Part shown: one piece after another, positions 47,846-57,117 of the stretch | How the letters are laid out: every line of letters begins with the position of its first letter | How positions within the stretch are numbered: position 1 is the first letter of the stretch | IMG/VR virus record: IMGVR_UViG_3300036715_000468 | From: a virus | Reading direction: 5' to 3' (one strand) | DNA: 64,000 nucleotides | Notes under the pieces: model-generated | What the model was told of the DNA's origin: nothing | What the model saw: only the letters and a program-made list of their open reading frames with translations | The model's database searches: none | Translations under genes and position numbers: made by a program

Positions 47846-48060
47846 AACCCTAATAATTTCCTAATTACTAAATATTCTTCCCAAGCCGCTCGTAGTGCAG
47901 GATACATTATTAATTGCTTAGGCGTTGGGCACTTACTCTTTTCGTATTCCGACGATATCAGTATTTGTTCCCAACTTGTGCCCGTCCCTTGATTTTGAGT
48001 ATCATAATACATATCACCTATAAGCGGGTGTAAGGGTTTATAATATGTTACATTGGCCAT
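47842..48060 (-). CDS. hypothetical protein
   Basis: 72-aa ORF. Confidence 0.35.
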   Translation of the reverse strand: MANVTYYKPLHPLIGDMYYDTQNQGTGTSWEQILISSEYEKSKCPTPKQLIMYPALRAAWEEYLVIRKLLGL

Positions 48061-48470
48061 GTTAACTCAAATAATGTAGCGTGTGTTGTATTAGCAAAAT
48101 AAATTTCTAATGTACCGGTCGTAATATTTCCTATACCCCAGTCCCAATCCGTGCCCTGAATGCCAATATGTTCTTCCAGCCACGGACGGTAATGCTGATT
48201 TGGTTCAGAATCAAGCCCACGCATAAATGGACGAGTTGCAGTATGTAATGTTATCATATCAGATATTATCTGCGGATACTTTCTAAATAATATATATTCA
48301 TAATTTGCTGACATATTAAATATTAAGCCGGCTGGTGCAGCCATCGGCTGCACAGCAAGTATATCATTGGCCAGAATTGTCGGCATACATTGTCTGATCA
48401 ATGGCATCATTGCCTTTCTAAATGTCTCCATCTTCCCTGTTATCGGAATTGTATGCATCAAATTTCCCAC
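48048..48470 (-). CDS. protein with the family motif at its C-terminus
   Basis: C-terminus ...IYFANTTHATLFELTWPM. Confidence 0.4.
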   Translation of the reverse strand: MGNLMHTIPITGKMETFRKAMMPLIRQCMPTILANDILAVQPMAAPAGLIFNMSANYEYILFRKYPQIISDMITLHTATRPFMRGLDSEPNQHYRPWLEEHIGIQGTDWDWGIGNITTGTLEIYFANTTHATLFELTWPM

Positions 48471-48840
48471 CCGGGTAACGAGCTTCTAGTTTTGCTACAT
48501 TATCTGCAATAACTCGATTAGGATCTAATCCCAGTGAACGACATGCATTAGTCCAGTACCAGATTACATCACCCAATTCTTTGGATGCATGAGCTTTGGT
48601 TTCTTCAGTGAATGCCTTACTATGAAAGACTGCCTTTTTAACAATCTCGGAAAACTCACCCGCTTCGCCCGACATACCCATTGCTGATGTAATTAACAAT
48701 GGGACATTAACATCTGGCCCTCCATCGTTACCGTCTAACCGATCACAACTATTCATGAATGAAGTTAAGTCATTACTTTCTTTGCTTGTAATGGCTGTAA
48801 CAAAATCTGTGTATTTTTTTAAGTCGATATTTTTTGTCAT
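48418..48840 (-). CDS. mazG: MazG-like nucleoside triphosphate pyrophosphohydrolase (second copy)
   Basis: GEAGEFSEIVKK and ELGDVIWY motifs. Confidence 0.65.
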   Translation of the reverse strand: MTKNIDLKKYTDFVTAITSKESNDLTSFMNSCDRLDGNDGGPDVNVPLLITSAMGMSGEAGEFSEIVKKAVFHSKAFTEETKAHASKELGDVIWYWTNACRSLGLDPNRVIADNVAKLEARYPGGKFDAYNSDNREDGDI

Positions 48841-48852
48841 ATTTTTCCTATG

Positions 48853-49995
48853 TTAAATATATGTATTTTTTCTTACGTGTTTCACTATTTTATAGAATTT
48901 AGTAAAATTGTCAAGTGAATGAAGACCTGGATGATTATTCGTCGACCATATTGTTCTACGGCGATCAGTTAATATAAGTTTTTCACACGGTTCTAAATTC
49001 GGTAAATTCACTACTGCTAATCTATCGAAACTATCTATCGAAATAGTCGATAAACTATGTGCCGAATATGGAAAGTCTACTAAGAATCTGTTACACGATG
49101 CATCCTCTAATAATAATACACCTATATCCGTTTCTATTCTTGCTGCCCTAAAAATAATTTTTGCTTCGTCTTTCGTTATTTCTTCGAAAGTGAGAGAAAC
49201 TTTTGGATCTGAATGTGCTGATACATGTTTAATATCGTTGTTAGCCCCGGAATACGTAGATACAGCGAATGTTCCGACGCCGTCATTTATATCTACGTTC
49301 ATACTCTCTATTGCCTGTTCCCGCGTCATTGGGTTAGGTGTCTTGTTAATTACTTTTAATATTTTTAAATCGCTACCGAAGTGATATCTACCTGGCGATA
49401 ATTCTATAATTTGTCGCCTCGGATATGTGTCTACTTTATACCCTATACCTGTAGATAGTGTTAGCTGACCGTATAACGATGCTACGCCCATATATATGCC
49501 TGTTAGCTTACTTTGCAGTAATACTGTATCGCCTATTTGCACATCTGTTATTTCTACTTTATTTTCCATTAACTCCGTATTTCCCACTGCCTCGTTAAAC
49601 TTAGCCGATGTTACCGGAATTAATGTTAATCTTGTTTCAGAATTTTGTCTTGCCCATATACATTTTTCCTGAATTAATCCTTCTGTAATTCCTGTAACAT
49701 GTAAAATATTTTCTAAGTTTTGAGCTGATATCCTAACAAGGAATCCGCGTGGATCAATTACTAACCATGTCTGATCAATTGAACCCCAGCTCTTTCTATC
49801 AGATTTATATAGTGTGAATCCTGGAAGTGGTATATTATCATGTTCGTTAATAACGGAATATTTTTGAGTTATTGTAGCAAGTTTTTTCTTTTCTGTTGTT
49901 GTTGTACCTAACGGGATCAATTCTGCTTCAGGTAGTTCATATCGATGTCCCGTTGCATTCATAGCAGCGTATATAGTTTTTGCAATATTAAGCAT
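48853..49995 (-). CDS. hypothetical protein
   Basis: 380-aa ORF with no recognisable motif. Confidence 0.5.
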   Translation of the reverse strand: MLNIAKTIYAAMNATGHRYELPEAELIPLGTTTTEKKKLATITQKYSVINEHDNIPLPGFTLYKSDRKSWGSIDQTWLVIDPRGFLVRISAQNLENILHVTGITEGLIQEKCIWARQNSETRLTLIPVTSAKFNEAVGNTELMENKVEITDVQIGDTVLLQSKLTGIYMGVASLYGQLTLSTGIGYKVDTYPRRQIIELSPGRYHFGSDLKILKVINKTPNPMTREQAIESMNVDINDGVGTFAVSTYSGANNDIKHVSAHSDPKVSLTFEEITKDEAKIIFRAARIETDIGVLLLEDASCNRFLVDFPYSAHSLSTISIDSFDRLAVVNLPNLEPCEKLILTDRRRTIWSTNNHPGLHSLDNFTKFYKIVKHVRKNTYI

Positions 49996-49996
49996 A

Positions 49997-50359
49997 TTAT
50001 TGTGATAGTTTTAAAAGTAATTGATAGTCTTCATACGCCCGTTGTAGTACCGGATTATTGCTACGGATAAATTCTTCTTTTCTAGATTCGTTAGCACGAT
50101 TTATATCTTCGCTTAATTCATAAAATCCGTCGAGACGCAAATTTGCAGTGAATATTATTGAACACTTCCCTGCTATGTTATATGTTTGTCCATGTAACGA
50201 ATACACATTTGAGTCGTTACCTTCTGCACGAATCGTTGTAATTACACCGTATCTATCAAACTGACTCGAGAATCTGGCATAGTTCGCATCATCCATTCGA
50301 CACTCCAAATCCAAATTGCATCTTAAACATTGTTGCATCAACACCGTCTTCGAATCCAA
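49997..50359 (-). CDS. hypothetical protein
   Basis: 120-aa ORF. Confidence 0.4.
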   Translation of the reverse strand: MDSKTVLMQQCLRCNLDLECRMDDANYARFSSQFDRYGVITTIRAEGNDSNVYSLHGQTYNIAGKCSIIFTANLRLDGFYELSEDINRANESRKEEFIRSNNPVLQRAYEDYQLLLKLSQ

Positions 50360-50531
50360 ACTTGTTGCCGCCCAACATTGTCCAACGACCTTCTAAATTA
50401 TTAATACACCACATGACAATTCCTTGCTGCGCAATTTCATGATAAGGTATATTTAAGTTTGTAAATGTCCATGTCGACGAATCTGTATTCCTAACCAGTT
50501 CATTCATGGGTATGTATGTGTTTTTGTCCAT
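50289..50531 (-). CDS. small protein, member of the C-terminal motif family
   Basis: C-terminus ...FGFEDGVDATMFKMQFGFGVSNG. Confidence 0.4.
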   Translation of the reverse strand: MDKNTYIPMNELVRNTDSSTWTFTNLNIPYHEIAQQGIVMWCINNLEGRWTMLGGNKFGFEDGVDATMFKMQFGFGVSNG

Positions 50532-50596
50532 GTATTACCCTATATTGTTTTACAAGTGTAACATTTTTTAACTACTTTGTCAATTTTGGCAAAAAT

Positions 50597-50623
50597 AAAG
50601 CCGACCCAAAGAGTCGGCTTTAT
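50597..50623 (-). terminator. rho-independent terminator
   Basis: aaagccgac-ccaaagag-tcggcttt followed by TTTATTTTT on the minus strand. Confidence 0.6.
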
Positions 50624-50641
50624 GATTGGCTGCATATATTG

Positions 50642-51361
50642 TTACATATACGGTTTCCATGTATCGCGGGTATGTGCTAACCTGTTAGCAATTACATACA
50701 AGGAGATTGGATTGTGTCCTAACCCTAAGTGACATGCTCCCGGAATTTCTATATTTTCTCGTTGGAATCCATCATCCTCGATAGATGCTGCCCAGTCAAC
50801 TACGCCATCACTTTTACTATAGATAGAAGTGAATGGCACTGGCGGAGGTTCTGCAATACGCTTTAAGACATTCGGATCCTTGTGACTAAGATCCTTACTA
50901 AGTAACTCATATAAGAAATCTGCATTAGTCCCTGCAATATCTTTAAATGGTGTTCCTAATGTGATAACTTGACGCACAATATCTGGTGCAACTTTTGCCA
51001 TTTCCCTAGCATAGATTCCGCCTAGGCTCCAACCTATTATACTTACTTGTTGACCACCTGCTGATTCCGATACTGTCTGAACTAAATTTGTTAGTTCAAC
51101 TAACATGGTTTCCATACCTTTTTGTGGTCCCATATTTCTACCTAGTCCCCAGGGACGAGCATCATACCCTAATCCGTTAAGGAAGGTACGGGCAAAATGT
51201 GTTGAACCATCTGCCGTACCTAACCCGGGTAAAACTATTACAGGATGTCCATCTCCCTTCGGAGAAATATAATTTAACGGTGTGCTTAACAGCCAACCTA
51301 ATCCATATTCATATGCTGCCCGCACAACTTCGACACTTAACAACAGTTTAGATGGAGTCAT
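50642..51361 (-). CDS. alpha/beta-hydrolase fold esterase/lipase-like protein
   Basis: GWSLGG nucleophile elbow (GxSxG) and a PGLGTADG oxyanion-region-like segment. Confidence 0.6.
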   Translation of the reverse strand: MTPSKLLLSVEVVRAAYEYGLGWLLSTPLNYISPKGDGHPVIVLPGLGTADGSTHFARTFLNGLGYDARPWGLGRNMGPQKGMETMLVELTNLVQTVSESAGGQQVSIIGWSLGGIYAREMAKVAPDIVRQVITLGTPFKDIAGTNADFLYELLSKDLSHKDPNVLKRIAEPPPVPFTSIYSKSDGVVDWAASIEDDGFQRENIEIPGACHLGLGHNPISLYVIANRLAHTRDTWKPYM

Positions 51362-51495
51362 ATATCATCCCTTATAATACGTATATTTATATGAACTTAT
51401 AGAGATTATCTATCCTATCGAACATTATAATATTTTTCTTTATCGTTTAGTAATAATTATCTACGATATCACGGAGATAATTGTAAACACAAAAT

Positions 51496-52092
51496 TTAAA
51501 TCCTGCGTGTAATAATTTGATCTGCCAAGCCCATTTCCAGTGCTTGTGGCGCTGTCAACCATTTATCACGGTCCAAGTATTGTTTGAATTGATCAAACGT
51601 TACGCCTTTGGAATTGTGCTTAACATACAGTTCTGTCATCTCAGCTTTGATACGAAGACCTTCGATCAAGTCAATTTCCATATCAGACACCTTACCGCGT
51701 GTTCCCGATGATGGTTGATGGATCATTGTAATTGCATGTGGTAACAAATAGCGATGACCTGGCTCGCCTGCCTGAGCAATGAATGAACCCATGCTTGCAG
51801 CCATACCTGTTACATATGTGTGTACCGGACATTTTATATATTGCATAAGATCATAGACGCCCATGCCGTCGTAAACAGATCCACCCGGTGAATTAACATA
51901 AAGATTGATTGGCTGTTCTGGATTTTCTGCTTCGAGAAATAACATCTGTGCAATTAAGATATTGCACATATTAGTTTCTACTTCACCTGTCATAAAAATA
52001 ACACGTTCTTTCATCAGGCGGGAATATAAATCGTATGAACGTTCACCGCGAGATGTATTTTCTACTACCATAGGTACTAATACGTTTTTCAT
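51496..52092 (-). CDS. clpP: ClpP proteolytic subunit of ATP-dependent Clp protease
   Basis: near-collinear with bacterial ClpP ([11 protein letters not shown]...[12 protein letters not shown]...YVNSPGG...GMAASMGS...MIHQP), including the catalytic Ser and His motifs; 198 aa. Confidence 0.95.
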   Translation of the reverse strand: MKNVLVPMVVENTSRGERSYDLYSRLMKERVIFMTGEVETNMCNILIAQMLFLEAENPEQPINLYVNSPGGSVYDGMGVYDLMQYIKCPVHTYVTGMAASMGSFIAQAGEPGHRYLLPHAITMIHQPSSGTRGKVSDMEIDLIEGLRIKAEMTELYVKHNSKGVTFDQFKQYLDRDKWLTAPQALEMGLADQIITRRI

Positions 52093-52181
52093 TTGTGTGT
52101 CCTTTTTAAATGTTGTTGGGGTAATTCACATATACATTATATACGACTGTAATAATAATGTCTACCGATACCAAAAACTTT

Positions 52182-52189
52182 GATAAATA
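52182..52189 (+). promoter_or_regulatory. GATAAATA element 5 nt upstream of the ATG at 52195
   Basis: gataaata-gtatt-ATG; the TTG start called by the track overlaps the motif. Confidence 0.4.
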
Positions 52190-52194
52190 GTATT

Positions 52195-52479
52195 ATGTCA
52201 ATACTTAAAAAAGATCAAACAAATATATGTCCCGTATGCAATAGTCATAAAATTTTCACAGTTAAATATTGCTCTAAAGAATGCAAATCTACAGGCGTAG
52301 CTAAATCATGTAAAGATACTTTTATAAAGAACTTCGGTGTTAGTAATCCATCTAAAGAAGTAAAATCAGCCTATACACATGCCGCTGATTTAGAGAAAAA
52401 TCTATTAAAACAACAAGCATGTATCAATGATGGATTTAATTTCGAATTCATGATCTTTGTTAAAGGTATGTTACAATGA
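52195..52479 (+). CDS. zinc-ribbon protein, possible homing-endonuclease remnant (start moved to the ATG)
   Basis: CPVCNS...KYCSKEC; plus-strand island with the same GATAAATA-N5-ATG layout as the endonuclease gene at 36984. Confidence 0.35.
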   Translation: MSILKKDQTNICPVCNSHKIFTVKYCSKECKSTGVAKSCKDTFIKNFGVSNPSKEVKSAYTHAADLEKNLLKQQACINDGFNFEFMIFVKGMLQ

Positions 52480-52865
52480 AAATCAGGGATATTCTTAACG
52501 AGGATGCTACATGCTCCGTTGCCCGCTTTTACAAAGAGGCAGGAAAAGACTACGAGAAATTTTATAATCCTGAGGTAGTTAAATACCAGGAAGAAAATTC
52601 TAAGTATTATGATGAATACTTCAAAAAATGGTTTAATGAAGATATAGTGCCCGTTTTCTTAAAGCCTGTAACTAAGCCTCAAGAACCATATACTAATGCA
52701 CCTAAAGGAAGTAAATTGCAATCCCCGGGTTATAGAGGATTACAATATGCACTTGCATCGGCCGGGCTACCATATAATCACGAAGTCCAACGTTACGAAA
52801 ACAATCCATCTAGAATGCTTACATCACAAACGATGGATGCGACCCGCAACAACAACGGAAACTAA
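52476..52865 (+). CDS. hypothetical protein
   Basis: 129 aa, overlaps the previous plus-strand gene by 4 nt. Confidence 0.4.
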   Translation: MKIRDILNEDATCSVARFYKEAGKDYEKFYNPEVVKYQEENSKYYDEYFKKWFNEDIVPVFLKPVTKPQEPYTNAPKGSKLQSPGYRGLQYALASAGLPYNHEVQRYENNPSRMLTSQTMDATRNNNGN

Positions 52866-52867
52866 GA

Positions 52868-53053
52868 TTACTTCGCTTCTTTGCGAGCGTTCTTTGTTTC
52901 TGTAATTTCGTTACGACGAACCTTAACTAACTTAGCTAAGTCCTGCAATGCAGCTCGTGCGCGTGTTCCAGCAGAAGCATTACCTGCTTCAAATTTTGCA
53001 TCTTCTTTCTCAAATGCATCTACTGCATCTTTAATTGCTTGTTGTGTTGACAT
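52868..53053 (-). CDS. small Lys/Ala-rich histone H1/Hc1-like DNA-binding protein
   Basis: 61 aa; SAGTRARAALQDLAKLVKVRRNE resembles the Hc1/H1-like AAQRVRxxSxKLxKxxKxxR pattern. Confidence 0.35.
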   Translation of the reverse strand: MSTQQAIKDAVDAFEKEDAKFEAGNASAGTRARAALQDLAKLVKVRRNEITETKNARKEAK

Positions 53054-53531
53054 AATGTCTCCGTTAAATTATTATAATTTTTAGTGCGGAATGCACTGAC
53101 CAAATTGTAGGTCTTTATACTAATTGATTTTTAATATCAACTAATTTTTTATAATATTCGTTAGCAGATACTATATCCCGATCAGTTTCATAACCAGGGC
53201 CTATTTCATTAATAAAAATAGTTATTCTGTTTAACGCAATATCTATATCAGCATCTAGCATAGTCCTTCTTTGGATACTCTTGCCGATGATAGAATATAA
53301 AGATAATATTAAGTTATATCGATCATTAAAATCATATTCTATATTTTTAATTTTAAAAAGATTTATCTTCGTCAGTTATTTCTGTTAGCTTCATCTTCTT
53401 TTTTCCATTCCTCAATTCTTTTTCTTAATTCTTCATTACCTTTTATTAAATCATTATGTAATTTATGCAGGAATTCCTGAGATTCTGGAGAATTTAGATA
53501 TTTCTTTTTGTGGATTAATTCATCTAGTTTT

Positions 53532-53714
53532 TCATCCATGCTCCCCCGAATTATCGACTTCTGTGTCGACTACATCTTCTTCCTTAGTTTCTTTTTTGCC
53601 AAAAGTCCTTTCCCATCCATCACGGAAATTTTCTGTTGACGATTTAGTGATAATAGCATCACCTGTTATATCATTCTTTGCTGTCATATTATTCCTTATA
53701 TATCGATAGTTCAT
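53532..53714 (-). CDS. hypothetical protein
   Basis: 60-aa ORF. Confidence 0.25.
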   Translation of the reverse strand: MNYRYIRNNMTAKNDITGDAIITKSSTENFRDGWERTFGKKETKEEDVVDTEVDNSGEHG

Positions 53715-54234
53715 TGTTGTTACATGAATAGGAATATATTATAGACTCTTTTATGTTTACATCGACATTAAAATTCTTTGGCACCGAGCCACCTGGATCA
53801 TTTTTGGCTCTAGCGCCCGTATACCTGGTACTGGATTTGAGTTTCTTTATATCATACCCTGAAGAGATGGCAAATTTTTTTATTTCGTTGAATACCCATT
53901 TCATTGCTACATGTCCCATATCTACACCAGTATTTTGATCTCCAATCGAAGTATGTACTATTTTACTTGGATCGACCTTTGATTGATTTGGTATAATATT
54001 ATCGACTATAATTGCATTAGGATTATCGTTATATATAGAGAAATCAATATGAATCACCATATCGGATGTATTCCTTTCCCGAACCTCAGCACCGTAGTAA
54101 TGATTTCCTAACTCCGTATGAATTTGATTAAATGATATATTTAACTCATTTACTGGGTCGCTGTATGATTCGAGTAAATCGACTACGCCCTCAGTAAAAT
54201 AAAAGTATTTTGTATCTATTTCGATTAATTTCAT
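53689..54234 (-). CDS. hypothetical protein
   Basis: 181-aa ORF. Confidence 0.45.
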   Translation of the reverse strand: MKLIEIDTKYFYFTEGVVDLLESYSDPVNELNISFNQIHTELGNHYYGAEVRERNTSDMVIHIDFSIYNDNPNAIIVDNIIPNQSKVDPSKIVHTSIGDQNTGVDMGHVAMKWVFNEIKKFAISSGYDIKKLKSSTRYTGARAKNDPGGSVPKNFNVDVNIKESIIYSYSCNNNELSIYKE

Positions 54235-55007
54235 TATTCAATGCCTAAAGCTTTATGAACACTTGCTGCAAAATCTGGGTCAAAATTATCTGCACTCTCG
54301 TTTAATGAATCCATATTCTTTGTTGCCCATAGCCAATATGATTTAGGAATATCTACCATCAATTCCCCTTTATGCTTTCCAAATTGCATTTTATCGTAAA
54401 TAATCGGTGCTGATGACCATTCTTCGATCTGCGGGCCATAAGGTTGATTTGGATCAAGTAAATCCATAGATTCCATTAAGTCAATCAATACTTCGAGTAG
54501 TTTCCCTGTCATAAAACAATCGTTTGCTGCTCTGTGCGAATACATATCTTCGGGAACGTCTAGGTCAAGTGCAAATCGTAAATATGGCAGACTTGTGCTT
54601 TCGATTTCTTCCATACCTTTAAAAAGCTTTTTACACATACGCCACGTGCAGATCGATTTTGTCGGCATAGTGATTCCGTGATTTTGTCCAACCTTCATAT
54701 CATAGAAATAGTTATGGCCAATTGCATATCCCGTTGAGTAACTGTCGACAACTGATTGGAATACTTCTCTCGAGTCGATAAATGTAGGTTTGTCTTCTAC
54801 CATCTTATCTGTTATGTATGTTATGGATTTAACCATAGCAGGAATACCGCCGGCAACTGGCTTATGTAACTCCTGGAACATTGCCCATGTATCGTTTTCC
54901 CTGATACAAAATCCTGATTCGATTACCTCAGCTGTCTGATAATTGACACCTGTTGTTTCAAAATCTATAATCATGCATTGTTTAAAAAAATCTTCTTTGT
55001 GTGACAT
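54234..55007 (-). CDS. DnaQ-like DEDDh 3'-5' exonuclease with a C-terminal extension
   Basis: Exo I MIIDFETTG, Exo II GHNYFYDMK, Exo III YSHRAANDC; C-terminal FGKHKG...PKSYWLW box. Confidence 0.8.
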   Translation of the reverse strand: MSHKEDFFKQCMIIDFETTGVNYQTAEVIESGFCIRENDTWAMFQELHKPVAGGIPAMVKSITYITDKMVEDKPTFIDSREVFQSVVDSYSTGYAIGHNYFYDMKVGQNHGITMPTKSICTWRMCKKLFKGMEEIESTSLPYLRFALDLDVPEDMYSHRAANDCFMTGKLLEVLIDLMESMDLLDPNQPYGPQIEEWSSAPIIYDKMQFGKHKGELMVDIPKSYWLWATKNMDSLNESADNFDPDFAASVHKALGIE

Positions 55008-55073
55008 ATGTTCTCCGATAGTGCTTATTATAGCGAATACTTATTAGAAAGTCAAAGTTTCAGTCGTGAAAAG

Positions 55074-55091
55074 TGGTGCCGTAGCACCACT
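55074..55091 (-). terminator. hairpin terminator
   Basis: gtggtgc-cgta-gcaccac followed by a TTTTCAC run on the minus strand. Confidence 0.4.
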
Positions 55092-55118
55092 AAGGGATAC
55101 AGGTAAACTTCTACCTAT

Positions 55119-55295
55119 TCTTTATTCAGATTCTTATTCCTTTGAAGTTTTCCGCCAGCCTTGGCCGACTTGTCCCACTTCTTAGAATACTCTGCGTGTG
55201 CAGCATCTGTTTCTTTTTGTGCAGCATCAGCATTAGCTTGTCGTTTATCACTAACCGATTTGCGTAATGCTGCTGAAATTTCATCTAAACGCATG
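55119..55295 (-). CDS. unlisted small Lys-rich ORF (about 58 aa), translationally coupled downstream of the 606-aa gene
   Basis: my own hand translation on the minus strand (MRLDEISAALRKSVSDKRQANADAAQKETDAAHAEYSKKWDKSAKAGGKLQRNKNLNKE); TAATCATG stop/start overlap. Confidence 0.3.
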
Positions 55296-55296
55296 A

Positions 55297-57117
55297 TTAT
55301 CTGCCGTAGCCTTTCATGTTACCTAGTTTAGCAAAACGCTGCATCCATTCTAATACTTCTGGATCTACGCCTTCTTTGATATCTTCTATATCGTCTTCTT
55401 TATCAGCTTTAGAATCATAATCTCTCTCATGCTTCAAACCTGTAGCAGTCTTAGTAGTTTTACCGTCTTCTTTCTTATCTTTCTTAGCAAGGTCTCTCCA
55501 AGGATTTTTATCATCAGATTCTTCCTTTACATTTTTACGGCCCCGTGCTTGTGCCCATTCCTCGTCTCCTTTAGTACCACGTGGACCACTTGTCGATGGT
55601 TGACTTTCTTTAATCTTTCCGCCAAGTGTTTTCATGCCCAATACTGGCGCAACTGATTCGACAAGCTTGTCATATTTTTTAAGTGTTGCTATCATTGCTG
55701 CTACGTCTTTGTCTACATTATTTTCCATAATTTCATTTCCTATAAATTTAATTGATTCTGGCATTGTCGGCGCTGTACCCGGTGGATATTGGCCACCGCC
55801 TGTTGGGCCAGCGCCGCCGCCCATTGAACCTATTTCGCCGCCTGTAGCAGCACCCATATCTTCGTCGTCTTCTTCTAGCTCTTTGTCTTCTTCTAGCTCT
55901 TTGTCTTCGCCCAGGTCTTCGTCTAGGTCTCTATCTTCTAACATAAATTTAACTAATTGTTTTATACTTTCCATTTGTGGTTCCTGGGCCGGTGCATGTA
56001 ATTGCGGTGTTTCTGCTGGTGCCTGTAATGATTGCTCTATGTCGTCTTTCTCAGGCTTTGCCTTTTTACGAACTTCATCTGTAAAATATCCCCTATCTAC
56101 AAATTTATGTAATTTTTCTATTTCCTGATCTATCTCATATGTCTTAATCTTAAAATCGTTCCCTTGCAAGGTCGGGTCGACTGAAAGATCTGCAAATGCT
56201 TTTTCCATCTGCGGTTTTTTTTCTTTTAATGCCGATGATAGATCTGTGAATAAATACGGAAATTTCTGACTTACCGTAGCTGCATTGGCTGGACGATCAG
56301 TTATATCCATAAAATTAGGCCCACCTGCATCAAATTGATATTTTTCAGTTTGACTTAGTTCCTTCTTACCGTCATCGTCGGTAACATTAACTGTCTCGTC
56401 TTCTGCATTTTTCGTCTTTGCATAAGGAAATAATTGAAATAGCATTGCTGCATCACTGTATCTATGGTAGTGTGTATCACTATTTGAATTTGCTGTACAC
56501 CATTGTGTACCTAATCCTAATGCACATCCAGCGGCACGATTTAATGTAGTATAAATTCTATAATCATCATTATCGACAAGTTTAATGCTCTTAGCCATTT
56601 TGTTTCTGGCAGCATTTTTAGATGCATCGCGCAAAGCTCCTAATTTATCTTTATAGTGTGTTGTCATATAATACCCGACATCACGAACGCTGTTAAATTT
56701 AGGCAAATCTTTATGGTTTGGATCTAACATATTACGATTCTTTAATAAGTACCAATCGCACAGGTTCATATTCATAACACCTGTTAAATCTTCCCAATTA
56801 TGACTACCTGCTATATATCGTCTTACAATCCAGTCACTATTTACTCCATCACGAGAATAAACAATACCTTCATATCCCTCGCGCTCAATGTTATCGATAT
56901 TTTCTAAGAACCATTGTGCTAATTGTTCATCTGGCGCCTTTTGGTATGACCTACTTGCACCCGGCGGAAATGCACCCGGGTGTGAACGTGCATCGTCCCG
57001 AATCGCATCAGCGAGATTGACTACTAAATTCTTATCATTCATTACCCGCTGACTGCCTTTTGTTAAGGCAGCAGCTTCAATAAGAAAAGCTTCGATGAGT
57101 GACTTTAATAAACTCAT
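55297..57117 (-). CDS. large acidic protein of unknown function (late gene; possible virion or ejected protein)
   Basis: 606 aa; DKELEEDKELEEDDED repeat; Gly-rich segment; coupled to the 1124-aa gene. Confidence 0.6.
   Translation of the reverse strand: MSLLKSLIEAFLIEAAALTKGSQRVMNDKNLVVNLADAIRDDARSHPGAFPPGASRSYQKAPDEQLAQWFLENIDNIEREGYEGIVYSRDGVNSDWIVRRYIAGSHNWEDLTGVMNMNLCDWYLLKNRNMLDPNHKDLPKFNSVRDVGYYMTTHYKDKLGALRDASKNAARNKMAKSIKLVDNDDYRIYTTLNRAAGCALGLGTQWCTANSNSDTHYHRYSDAAMLFQLFPYAKTKNAEDETVNVTDDDGKKELSQTEKYQFDAGGPNFMDITDRPANAATVSQKFPYLFTDLSSALKEKKPQMEKAFADLSVDPTLQGNDFKIKTYEIDQEIEKLHKFVDRGYFTDEVRKKAKPEKDDIEQSLQAPAETPQLHAPAQEPQMESIKQLVKFMLEDRDLDEDLGEDKELEEDKELEEDDEDMGAATGGEIGSMGGGAGPTGGGQYPPGTAPTMPESIKFIGNEIMENNVDKDVAAMIATLKKYDKLVESVAPVLGMKTLGGKIKESQPSTSGPRGTKGDEEWAQARGRKNVKEESDDKNPWRDLAKKDKKEDGKTTKTATGLKHERDYDSKADKEDDIEDIKEGVDPEVLEWMQRFAKLGNMKGYGR

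Noticed and set aside
52180-52194. TTG starts chosen by the ORF track at 52180 and 39299
   Set aside because: Both TTG codons lie inside the conserved GATAAATA element. In-frame ATG codons with proper context follow: 52195, and Met13 of 38697..39299 with an AAGGA RBS.
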